This document shows positions 7,576-16,142 of a DNA stretch of 64,000 nucleotides, in pieces (within the stretch, counting starts at the first letter, position 1; each line of letters starts with the position of its first letter). Made by a program: the position numbers and the translations under genes. Under the pieces are notes generated by a model that was not told where the DNA came from, made no database searches, and saw only the letters and a program-made list of their open reading frames with translations. Source of the stretch: a virus; IMG/VR virus record IMGVR_UViG_3300044546_000330, positions 1 to 64,000 of that record. One strand, written 5' to 3'.

Positions 7576-8088
7576 ATGACAGACAAAGAAAAACTCAACT
7601 ACATGAGAATAGCTTCAGCAATAGTAGGCTATGACCTCAAAGAAAAAGACCTTGATACGGTCTTATCTATCCACGATTTAGTCCTTAGAAAAGAAGGAGA
7701 AGCAGATTTAAAAGATGTCGTTAAGATTGAACATGACATTGAAAAAAAGTACAGTCAGCCTAAACCAATAATCTTAGAGCAACATCTAAAGTTTGAAGTT
7801 TACCCTAAAGACTTAGGTAAACATAATTGGGAAGATGCAAAGAAAGCATGTGAAAATTTGGGAAATGGTTGGAGATTGCCTACAAGAGAAGAGTTGCATC
7901 TGATGTGGATTAATAGAGAAAGTATTGGGAGTTTTGCCGCTGCCTACTATTGGAGTTCTAGTGAGGGCAGTTACAGCAACGCCTGGGGTCAGCTCTTCAA
8001 CGATGGCGATCACTACCTCAGCTACAAGAACTACGCCTACTATGTTCGAGCGGTTCGGGGTGTAAAACAAGACAATGTTAGAGTTTAA
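7576..8088 (+). CDS. DUF1566 (Lcl C-terminal, C-type-lectin-like) protein, DGR-target type
   Basis: NWEDAKKACENLG..WRLPTREEL..YWSSSE..AW..F..G......K....YVRAVR signature; start MTDK at 7576. Confidence 0.85.
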   Translation: MTDKEKLNYMRIASAIVGYDLKEKDLDTVLSIHDLVLRKEGEADLKDVVKIEHDIEKKYSQPKPIILEQHLKFEVYPKDLGKHNWEDAKKACENLGNGWRLPTREELHLMWINRESIGSFAAAYYWSSSEGSYSNAWGQLFNDGDHYLSYKNYAYYVRAVRGVKQDNVRV

Positions 8089-8506
8089 CAAACCTATACC
8101 TGTAGTTGTTGAGGGCAACAAAGATGGCTATGCACTATATGTCACTAACTCAGGTATGCTTGAGAATGATGTATGGTGTGTAGTACATTGTGATGGAGGA
8201 ATAGTAAGACACTACACAACTGATCAGATAAGGATATTCCATAACGCAACTTTTAAAATCATGGCACTTAAAGAATCGTCAGCCTCTAAGAGGTACGGAC
8301 ATAGGGAAGACTGTACCCTACTGTTTGACAAACATCCACTTTTTGTAGTGGAACAGCATCACGAAGATGCCCGAGGTATTGTTTACCTAATAGGTGACAA
8401 AGAAGGGCTATTTACACTGGACGAAAAGCCTATACTAGAGGAGTCTTATTTGAGTACTATGTTAAAGGAACTCAGAGAAGAGAAGCTCCAAAAGATAAAA
8501 GAATAG
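8075..8506 (+). CDS. hypothetical protein
   Basis: 143 aa ORF overlapping the upstream gene. Confidence 0.7.
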   Translation: MLEFNKPIPVVVEGNKDGYALYVTNSGMLENDVWCVVHCDGGIVRHYTTDQIRIFHNATFKIMALKESSASKRYGHREDCTLLFDKHPLFVVEQHHEDARGIVYLIGDKEGLFTLDEKPILEESYLSTMLKELREEKLQKIKE

Positions 8507-8516
8507 TAAAACTATT

Positions 8517-8629
8517 GGCCGGTGAAGCGCAGGGAAAGGCTCTGCAAGGTTTTGGTGACCTGATGGCCCGTACCGGCCTCTCTTAAACTTAGTCAGAACC
8601 GCTGACTTAGTACTCAACCCTTCGAGTAC
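8517..8629 (+). ncRNA. GC-rich three-way-junction RNA plus two hairpins
   Basis: GGCCGGT/ACCGGCC (8517-23/8572-78) encloses GCAGGG/CTCTGC and AGGTT/GACCT hairpins, followed by AGTCAG/CTGACT and GTACTC/GAGTAC. Confidence 0.55.
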
Positions 8630-8631
8630 AT

Positions 8632-8712
8632 CTGCTTATCGTCTAAATCTAAGACCCTTGCTAAGCCCTGTAACAAGGCAAAGGAAATACAGGTTCATTC
8701 CTGTTAAGCAGT
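8632..8712 (+). tRNA. degenerate tRNA-like RNA with enlarged anticodon loop
   Basis: Perfect acceptor CTGCTTA/TAAGCAG, D arm GTCT-AAATCTA-AGAC, T arm ACAGG-TTCATT-CCTGT. Central arm is CCTTG-(13 nt)-CAAGG. Confidence 0.65.
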
Positions 8713-8718
8713 TTCAAT

Positions 8719-8757
8719 AAGTGCTGTATCTCGTTAAGAGGTGCAGTACTTTTTTTT
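8719..8757 (+). terminator. intrinsic terminator
   Basis: AAGTGCTGTATCTC-GTTAA-GAGGTGCAGTACTT followed by a T-run. Confidence 0.85.
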
Positions 8758-8781
8758 CTTACCCTTTAAAACTTACACATT

Positions 8782-9027
8782 GTGACAGAACTAATCATCT
8801 TCCAGCACATAGTTACCAATCAGGTCTACTGCTGGAACGGAGAACATCCTATAGGACTGCTCCCCGAGAATCTAAGAGAAGCGTGGGATCCTAAGGGAGT
8901 ACTCACGGACAAAGAGCTTGACCTTTTCAAGTCTTTAGAAGGTACTAAGAAAAAGTCCTTCGAGTTGAAAGGAAGAGGTAAGTTCGAGATCGTTAAACGC
9001 ATAAAAGCAGACTATGAACAAGGATAG
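8782..9027 (+). CDS. hypothetical protein
   Basis: 81 aa, GTG start after the leader motif. Confidence 0.65.
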   Translation: MTELIIFQHIVTNQVYCWNGEHPIGLLPENLREAWDPKGVLTDKELDLFKSLEGTKKKSFELKGRGKFEIVKRIKADYEQG

Positions 9028-9343
9028 CACAGAGGTATACTACCTTAAGACAGCCTTGACTCTGCTAGCCATAGCTTCAAAGTACCTTAAACACTATGGT
9101 ATAGAGGCTAACGTACAAAAAGAAACTAAGAACTTTCTTAACTTTCAAGTCAACAAAGTAGATTCTGTACAACGAGATATGTCTGCTAGAATTTCACCAG
9201 AACTTGCTACTATAATGCGCAAAGAACTAGTGGAAAACTGGGAAACCTTATCTGTTCAGAACGTACTTGGTATGATGGTCATGCTAAACGACGAAAAGAG
9301 AAGACAAGTAGAAGAATTCACTGAAAAACTATTAAACACATGA
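9014..9343 (+). CDS. hypothetical protein
   Basis: 109 aa, overlaps both neighbours. Confidence 0.7.
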   Translation: MNKDSTEVYYLKTALTLLAIASKYLKHYGIEANVQKETKNFLNFQVNKVDSVQRDMSARISPELATIMRKELVENWETLSVQNVLGMMVMLNDEKRRQVEEFTEKLLNT

Positions 9344-10023
9344 CAAAGAAACCAAACCTGATAGGAATCTCAGGAAGAATAGGTTCCGGCAAAGACACGG
9401 TAGGACTTATTATACAACATTTACTACGGAATCAAACTGACTGGAAAATCAAGAAGTTTGCAGGTAAACTCAAAGATGTAGCCTCTCTACTTACTGGTAT
9501 ACCAGCAGAACAATTTGAAGATCAAGAGTTCAAAAGTACTGCGTTAGGAGAAAAGTGGAGTTACTACGAAGATGGATGTTCTAACGACATGACAGTAAGA
9601 TTGTTTCTACAAAAGCTAGGAACTGAAGCCATCAGAAACGGGCTTCATACTAATGCCTGGGTAAATGCTCTCTTTGCTGACTATAAAGATGTTAAGCAAA
9701 GTGAGGATGGTCTTATACATGAGAAATATGGAGAACATGATATAACTATAGTTCCAAACCCTATTTTATGGAGTAAGTACTATCCTAACTGGATCATCAC
9801 TGACCTCAGATTTCCTAACGAGTTTGAGGCTATCAAGAACAGAGGAGGGTTGTGCATACAAATAGATAGAAAGAATTCTTTTTACTGTAGAGTATTACAC
9901 TCTTCAGACACTGCTCTTGACTCTCACAAGTTTGACTATGTACTCAACAACCCAGGTTCTATTGATGAGCTAGTAGAAGAAGTCAAGAAAATGCTTGTTC
10001 ACTTTAAGTTACTTGAGTCATGA
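9340..10023 (+). CDS. deoxynucleoside monophosphate kinase
   Basis: GISGRIGSGKDT P-loop, FAGKLK, R.FLQKLGTEAIR, ITDLRFPNE. Confidence 0.9.
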   Translation: MTKKPNLIGISGRIGSGKDTVGLIIQHLLRNQTDWKIKKFAGKLKDVASLLTGIPAEQFEDQEFKSTALGEKWSYYEDGCSNDMTVRLFLQKLGTEAIRNGLHTNAWVNALFADYKDVKQSEDGLIHEKYGEHDITIVPNPILWSKYYPNWIITDLRFPNEFEAIKNRGGLCIQIDRKNSFYCRVLHSSDTALDSHKFDYVLNNPGSIDELVEEVKKMLVHFKLLES

Positions 10024-10175
10024 CGCAGTACGATCTTAAAGAAACAGACGTTGTAGTCTACCGAGGTGTTATCTCTATATTAGGAGTACTTGAGCCTTTG
10101 TTAGAACATAACGACTTTTTAATCTTAGCAACAAAAGAGGAGATCGACCTCTATAACAAACGACCCGAACTATGA
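10020..10175 (+). CDS. 51 aa small protein (not in the ORF track)
   Basis: MTQYDLKETD...KRPEL; ATGA overlaps with both neighbours. Confidence 0.65.
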   Translation: MTQYDLKETDVVVYRGVISILGVLEPLLEHNDFLILATKEEIDLYNKRPEL

Positions 10176-10396
10176 GTGAGATAATACAGCTCTTTGAGCA
10201 TAGCTTTGACAGTCTTGAGAACGACTCATCTGCTGCGCGTAGCAAAACTCTTCTTGCATCTTTCCAAGATGATGAGAAGAAAGTTGCACACCGCAAGTGT
10301 TCTGAGTACTTGTCAACTCTTAAACCTACTTTGTACCTTGGCTGGGATGGAGTAGTTTACCCACATTACACACTTGTAAAAACTACAGTACAATGA
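10172..10396 (+). CDS. hypothetical protein
   Basis: 74 aa in an overlapping gene chain. Confidence 0.6.
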   Translation: MSEIIQLFEHSFDSLENDSSAARSKTLLASFQDDEKKVAHRKCSEYLSTLKPTLYLGWDGVVYPHYTLVKTTVQ

Positions 10397-10644
10397 GCAT
10401 ACAAGGCACAACAATCAAGAATGGCACACTCCGGCTCATACTGACAGGTTCAGATGGGATTGACGAGGAATGCCTAAAACAACTGGACGGAGCGACAGTA
10501 AAATTTGTCTCTGAGAACTTAAAATTATTTGACAAGAACCTTACAGGCGCACTAGTCCTTGAGGTATTACCTAAAACTAAGAAAGATGAACAAGCAGACA
10601 CTAAAGAATTGGCCGGAAATAGTACAAAAGGAACTCGAGACTGA
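10393..10644 (+). CDS. hypothetical protein
   Basis: 83 aa, ATGA overlap. Confidence 0.65.
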   Translation: MSIQGTTIKNGTLRLILTGSDGIDEECLKQLDGATVKFVSENLKLFDKNLTGALVLEVLPKTKKDEQADTKELAGNSTKGTRD

Positions 10645-11281
10645 GTACATGGTGCAGATAGCTAACAGGTTACAGAATGTACCTGATGAGCAACTGTGCC
10701 CACCTAGGCATCAGATTCTAAGAGCTTATGAGCTTGTACAAGCTGAAGACGTTAAAGTCGTAGTTCTAGGTCTTGACCCTCATATCAATGAGGAAGCTTG
10801 TGGCTTATCATTCTCTTGCCAGACTGGGAAAGTACCACCGCCTTTACGAGTAATCTTCAGCACTTTTTTAAAGTGTGGACTTAGTACCGCGAGAAGAACC
10901 GATGGTAACTTGCAGGATTGGGCAGAACAAGGAGTTTTACTTCTTAATACTGTACTGACTACTACTAGAGGTAAGACACTTGCCCACGGCGCCTGGGGAT
11001 GGCAACAGTTTACTGGTGCAACTTTGAAATACTTAGCACAGAGCAATCAACCAATAGTCTTTCTCATCTGGGGAAATGACGCTAAAGCTTCTTGTGCACA
11101 GTACATCAAACCGTTTGTAAACAGTAACAAGCTTATCCTAGAGAACTGTCACCCTGTAGCAGAAGTCTACGGCCGAGTTAAGTTCTCAGACAGTAAGTGT
11201 TTCCTACAGACTAATGAGTTCCTACAAGCTCACAACTTAAAACCTATATTATGGGATGGAAGTTCACAGACTACAGTCTAA
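10586..11281 (+). CDS. ung: family 1 uracil-DNA glycosylase (variant motifs)
   Basis: VKVVVLGLDPH, GLSFS, WAEQGVLLLNTVLT, GWQQFT, VFLIWG, HP motifs. Confidence 0.9.
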   Translation: MNKQTLKNWPEIVQKELETEYMVQIANRLQNVPDEQLCPPRHQILRAYELVQAEDVKVVVLGLDPHINEEACGLSFSCQTGKVPPPLRVIFSTFLKCGLSTARRTDGNLQDWAEQGVLLLNTVLTTTRGKTLAHGAWGWQQFTGATLKYLAQSNQPIVFLIWGNDAKASCAQYIKPFVNSNKLILENCHPVAEVYGRVKFSDSKCFLQTNEFLQAHNLKPILWDGSSQTTV

Positions 11282-11631
11282 GGATGACGGACGATGGGCC
11301 CATTGTCTCTTTTTCGTCTCCTTTTAAGATTGCAGAGCTAGAACTTCCAAAAAGTGTCTTAATATTGCCGTTTGGAATGACAAGGTCTCAGTGTATTAAG
11401 TACCTGAAGACTTTTGACTACCTAGTTTCTACTACTGTGGACAATGACCCGATCATAACAGACTTGCACAGATTTGCACTGAAGTTGGGTACTAAGTCCA
11501 TAGAAGAGATAGAGTTAGAACAGAAAGTAGTGGACGGGGATGATTGGTATAGGGATGAACTTGGATTGGAAGTCTATGCATATAGCTTCCTAAGTATTGA
11601 ATCACATTTTAAAGACTTAAGACATGATTAG
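11251..11631 (+). CDS. hypothetical protein
   Basis: 126 aa ORF in the operon. Confidence 0.65.
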   Translation: MGWKFTDYSLRMTDDGPIVSFSSPFKIAELELPKSVLILPFGMTRSQCIKYLKTFDYLVSTTVDNDPIITDLHRFALKLGTKSIEEIELEQKVVDGDDWYRDELGLEVYAYSFLSIESHFKDLRHD

Positions 11632-13828
11632 AGTGGTAACCAACCAGGAGACTGGCTACAGTGGAAACTGGGACGAGTTTGTTAGGTGGGTTACACCTCA
11701 AACAGAACTCCAGTTTGATATAGAAACAAACGTCACCCAGTGGTGGTGTACAAAGCAAGTCAAGACCCTACAGTTTGGGGATGTAGAAGGACAGGTTCAA
11801 TACGTGTTAGAGTACAGTATACTAGATGATGCGCAGTTAAACCTTATCAAAGAAGTGCTAGAGAGTTGGCAAATTCTTAAGTTAATCCACAGAGCTTCGT
11901 TCGAATACGTTGTCATGGCTTTCCACGGTATAGAGGTGCACAATGTATATTGTACTTTAGTAGCAGAGAAAGTACTGCAAGGAGGAGCAGAGAACGTAGA
12001 CTACGCTCTTGCGGACTTAACAAGAAAGTACCTTAAGTATGATCTAGACAAAGGACTGCAAACTTCCTTTGGAGATGGTATACTTACACCTGAAAAAGTC
12101 AAGTACGCTGCAGATGACGTAGTTCCCCTTGGAAAGATAAAAGCTCTTCAAGATGCTCAGACTAAAAAGTGGGGACTTGAAAACGTAATGTGGCTAGAGA
12201 TGAGAAGTCTTTTAGCTTTCTCTGAATGTACCTACCATGGTGTAGCACTTGACCTTACTAAATGGAGGGAGAATATTGCACTAGCTCAGCCAATTGTTAC
12301 AGAGGCCAAGAAGCAACTTGATCAGTGGATAAGGGATGACTCTCGTTTACTGGCTAAAGCTGTAGATCACAACTTTTACAAAGTGAATGACACTGTAAAC
12401 TTTAATCTTAACAGCCCTGTACAAAAGTTACAACTATTAAAACTTGTCTTCCCTGACATACAAGGGGCAAGTCTGTCTATCTTAAAAGCGTACATGAGAG
12501 ACAACAACTCTTTACCTGCTAATAAGATGTACTTACTTGTTACATTACTAGAGAAAGACACTCAGCCTTTTTCTGAGTACCTTGTAAAGAATCACAGAGA
12601 AGAACTTATAGAAAGTAACTTATTACTACCTGCAGGTACTATACAGATAAACTGGAATTCTATAGACCAGGCTTTACTTGTGTTACAGGGCGTAGAGCCT
12701 AAACTTAAAAGCCTTTCAGAAGATTCCTTAGGTAAGGTTACTCATCCGGTATTCGAACAACTCAGCGACTACAAAGATTCTCTGAAGCTTACCTCCTCTT
12801 ATGGAGAAGCATTCATAGAAAAACATGTAGAACCTGACGGCAGGGTAAGGACTAACTACAACCAAGTAGTAAGTACAGGTAGGAGCAGTTCCGCTAAGCC
12901 TAACATGCAAAACATTCCTGCTAAAGAATCTCCCAAATCTGTAGTAGACCCTTGGTTAAAAGATAACCCAGGTAAGAAACCTAAAGACTTCTTTTACCGG
13001 TACAGAAATAGTTTTACTTATGACCCAGACTGGGTATTTGTAGACTCTGACTTTACAGGTCAAGAACTTTGTCTTATAGCTTTTGCGTCTCAAGATGATG
13101 TATGGTACAAAGCCATAGAAAGAGGAGAGGATTTACACAGTGTAACTGCTGCGATGGTGTTCGGAAGAAAGTGGACCGCTGCTACTCAAGGAGACTGCGT
13201 ATTTGCAACAGACAGACAAAAGTGTAAATGTGCAGGGCATCAAACTCTTAGAACAGCAGTTAAGACTATCAACTTTGGCTTAGCTTATGGCATGTCCAAG
13301 TACAAACTTGCAAGTACTATACGGTGTTCTGTGCAGGAAGCTCAACAGCTTATTGACCAGTACTTCGAAACCTTTCCACAGATTAAAAAGACCTTGACAA
13401 GTTTTGGACGTTTTGCTCTTGAAAACGGGTATACTCAAAGCCTCAAACCTTTCTTTAGAAAGCGCTGGTTTGCTAATTGGGAAAGTCTTAGATCAAGAGT
13501 ACAACTTCATACCTCAAACATCGACTACAACGCAAGCTTAGGCAGAATAGAACGACAAGCTAAAAACCATCCTATTCAAGGCTCTGGTGGAGATTCCATT
13601 AAGATGGCAATGTGGCTTACTTACAAATACATAAGAGATAACAAACTTACAGACAAGATACACATAGTCTTAAATGTACACGATCAACTTACTACGGTAT
13701 GTGAAAAGAGTATAGCAGATGACTGGTGTGTGACTTTTGACAAACTTATGTGTGACGCGGCCAAGATTATCATCCCTACAGGTCTTCTAAAAGCAGAAAC
13801 AATGAAAAGTCCAGTTTGGACAAAGTAA
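11624..13828 (+). CDS. family A DNA polymerase with 3'-5' exonuclease domain
   Basis: Exo FDIET and YAADD; TGRSSSAKPNMQNIP; motif A DSDFTGQEL; motif B RTAVKTINFGLAYG; NHPIQG; motif C VHDQL. Confidence 0.95.
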   Translation: MIRVVTNQETGYSGNWDEFVRWVTPQTELQFDIETNVTQWWCTKQVKTLQFGDVEGQVQYVLEYSILDDAQLNLIKEVLESWQILKLIHRASFEYVVMAFHGIEVHNVYCTLVAEKVLQGGAENVDYALADLTRKYLKYDLDKGLQTSFGDGILTPEKVKYAADDVVPLGKIKALQDAQTKKWGLENVMWLEMRSLLAFSECTYHGVALDLTKWRENIALAQPIVTEAKKQLDQWIRDDSRLLAKAVDHNFYKVNDTVNFNLNSPVQKLQLLKLVFPDIQGASLSILKAYMRDNNSLPANKMYLLVTLLEKDTQPFSEYLVKNHREELIESNLLLPAGTIQINWNSIDQALLVLQGVEPKLKSLSEDSLGKVTHPVFEQLSDYKDSLKLTSSYGEAFIEKHVEPDGRVRTNYNQVVSTGRSSSAKPNMQNIPAKESPKSVVDPWLKDNPGKKPKDFFYRYRNSFTYDPDWVFVDSDFTGQELCLIAFASQDDVWYKAIERGEDLHSVTAAMVFGRKWTAATQGDCVFATDRQKCKCAGHQTLRTAVKTINFGLAYGMSKYKLASTIRCSVQEAQQLIDQYFETFPQIKKTLTSFGRFALENGYTQSLKPFFRKRWFANWESLRSRVQLHTSNIDYNASLGRIERQAKNHPIQGSGGDSIKMAMWLTYKYIRDNKLTDKIHIVLNVHDQLTTVCEKSIADDWCVTFDKLMCDAAKIIIPTGLLKAETMKSPVWTK

Positions 13829-13839
13829 AACAATAGAAA

Positions 13840-14310
13840 ATGGAACAACTAACATACTTCAGCGCACCTGGAGTAATGGTTGAACCTACTGCAGACGAGT
13901 TTGCTTCCCACCTTAAACGAGTACTGTGTGACTATAACAATGCTAGATACTCGTTTAAGTTTACTCCTTTAGATATGGAGGAAAGTAACAGAAAGACAGA
14001 ACTAGTTTTACTTAGACAAGCGTTCTGCTTTGTCTACAGCAAAAGCAGTTTCTTCACAACTCTTAGAGCAATAGGTTCTTACCTAGGAAACAGAGATCAT
14101 ACAACTGTAATATACAGTACCCAGACTTTTGTAGACCTACTAGACTGCGAACACGCAGCAGCAACGGATTTATATAACTATTTAAAAAACAGAGGACTAT
14201 TACTATATGATCACAACATCAAACGAAAAACAGACAAGCAAAGACACGGCTTGCAACTCGGTAATACTAGCGCAACTGCTATACGAGACCCTGAAAACTC
14301 TCCCCGGTAA
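13840..14310 (+). CDS. stand-alone DnaA C-terminal (domain IV) HTH protein
   Basis: RQ...TLRAIGSYLGNRDHTTVIYS matches the DnaA domain IV signature. Confidence 0.8.
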   Translation: MEQLTYFSAPGVMVEPTADEFASHLKRVLCDYNNARYSFKFTPLDMEESNRKTELVLLRQAFCFVYSKSSFFTTLRAIGSYLGNRDHTTVIYSTQTFVDLLDCEHAAATDLYNYLKNRGLLLYDHNIKRKTDKQRHGLQLGNTSATAIRDPENSPR

Positions 14311-14692
14311 TGAAACCTTGGGAGAGGTGTTATTAGACTACCAAAGAAAAACAGTAGTCCAACTTCCACAACAGACACAACAGTGGATTATGAAGGAAAT
14401 AGCAAAGGAAAAGGTACAAGCCTTACCTCCTTTGTTTAGACAGCATATCAATGTTGTACCTGGTATAGGAGAAGTACTTTACAAAGGCCTTAGTGACATG
14501 ATAGACTTTACTACTACTTTTAAAGGGAAAGCAAGAAATGTAGACCCTGAAAAGTATAGACTGTTTGTACAGTTAATGCGGGCAGAACTAGGTGCAGACT
14601 TAACAGGAGGTACTCCTTGTTTAAGCGCAGAAAGTGGTACTCTCTCTATAAAATTTGCTTTACCTGTAAACAAGGAGGTAGAAGATGAGTAG
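14207..14692 (+). CDS. hypothetical protein
   Basis: 161 aa ORF overlapping both neighbours. Confidence 0.6.
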   Translation: MITTSNEKQTSKDTACNSVILAQLLYETLKTLPGNETLGEVLLDYQRKTVVQLPQQTQQWIMKEIAKEKVQALPPLFRQHINVVPGIGEVLYKGLSDMIDFTTTFKGKARNVDPEKYRLFVQLMRAELGADLTGGTPCLSAESGTLSIKFALPVNKEVEDE

Positions 14693-16142
14693 TCACGTAG
14701 ATGTTTATAACTTATTTGGCCCGCCAGAGACGCCGGCCATAGACCCTATGACATTGCTAAGTCCTCATCAACTCATAGCAGGAGAACTCTTATTAGAGTA
14801 CTTGGTTAGGAATAAAGAAGAGTACGATTTTGCACGTCTTAAAGGGTACGCAGGAACTGGTAAAAGTTTCTTACTTTCTCGAGTACTTGAATCTTATGGA
14901 GGTAAAGGAATAGGCATATCAGCCCCTACCCATAAAGCAGTCAAAGTAATAAAAGAGCAAAGTGAGCCTAATTCTTTTACTTTTGGGACTATCCATTCTT
15001 TGTTTGGACTTACTCAGTCTGTATCAGCAAAAGGAATAGTGTCTTACAAACCTGTATGGCCCCCTAAACCCGCCAAGATAGATTCTTTACACTTACTTGT
15101 TGTTGACGAGGCTTCTATGCTAGACTTAGCTTTGCTAACACAGATATTAGAGTACTTGAAAAGAGACAAAGTAAACTTAAAAGTTATCTTCTGCGGAGAC
15201 CCCCTACAAGCTCCCCCAGTAGGAGAAAAAGAAAGTCATGTGTTTACGGATAAAGTACTAGAAGAGTACAAAGTTCTAAACCTAGAGTTAAGTGAACCGA
15301 TGCGTCAATCAATTGACAATCCTATCCTTTCTTATGCCACCAGTATTCGATCGAACATACGTGTAAACAAAGATTACAAAGAGTTTATAAGTACTACAGG
15401 AGAAATAGGCATAGAAGCTATAAACACAGAAACTTTCCATTCTATTGTATTGCCTATGTTTGACAAAAGGTTTGATGAGAATCAAGACTTTATCAAGATC
15501 CTGGCATGGACTAATGCGCAGGTAAATGTTATCAACGACTTAATTAGAAAGTACAGACTTAAAACTGACTTACCTGATAAATTAGTTGTAGGAGAATACC
15601 TTGTAGCAGATAAGCCTATCATACAAAAAGGGCAGATACGCGGGATAAACATAAACACTTCTGAAGAGATGGAAGTAGTAGCACTCAAGAAGACAACGAT
15701 TAAAGTAAGTTGGAAACTATACCACAGTACAGAAAAGAGTGAAGAACTTAACACTTCTTGTACTAGAGAAGAGAAAGAGTTTAACATCTACAAGTGCAGT
15801 GTAAAACTTATGAGAGATGGTTACCCTGTGTTTGCAACTATTGATGTACTCCATGAATCTGAAGAGGCTGAGTATGATAAACTACTTGCCGAACTAAAGA
15901 CTACTGCAGTAACTTCTGCTCAGAGTAAGGCAGCTTGGGTAGAGTTTTATCAGTTTCAAAGTAACTTCGCAGCTATAAAGTACAACTACGCTTTAACTGT
16001 TCACAAGAGTCAAGGGTCTAGCTATGAGAACTGTGGTATAATACTACTAGACATAGACAGAAACCCTAACACAGAAGAAAAGAACAAGCTCAAGTACGTA
16101 GCTGTAACGCGGGCTAAGAAAAAACTATTTATCATCACTTAA
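14685..16142 (+). CDS. SF1B (Dda/RecD-like) DNA helicase
   Basis: GYAGTGKS, APTHKA, VVDEASM, GDPLQAPPV, YALTVHKSQGS, YVAVTRA. Confidence 0.92.
   Translation: MSSHVDVYNLFGPPETPAIDPMTLLSPHQLIAGELLLEYLVRNKEEYDFARLKGYAGTGKSFLLSRVLESYGGKGIGISAPTHKAVKVIKEQSEPNSFTFGTIHSLFGLTQSVSAKGIVSYKPVWPPKPAKIDSLHLLVVDEASMLDLALLTQILEYLKRDKVNLKVIFCGDPLQAPPVGEKESHVFTDKVLEEYKVLNLELSEPMRQSIDNPILSYATSIRSNIRVNKDYKEFISTTGEIGIEAINTETFHSIVLPMFDKRFDENQDFIKILAWTNAQVNVINDLIRKYRLKTDLPDKLVVGEYLVADKPIIQKGQIRGININTSEEMEVVALKKTTIKVSWKLYHSTEKSEELNTSCTREEKEFNIYKCSVKLMRDGYPVFATIDVLHESEEAEYDKLLAELKTTAVTSAQSKAAWVEFYQFQSNFAAIKYNYALTVHKSQGSSYENCGIILLDIDRNPNTEEKNKLKYVAVTRAKKKLFIIT

Noticed and set aside
8517-8578. Hammerhead ribozyme
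   Set aside because: The core reads GAAG and CUGAUGG plus extra nucleotides instead of GAAA/CUGANGA, and there is no correctly placed NUH site.
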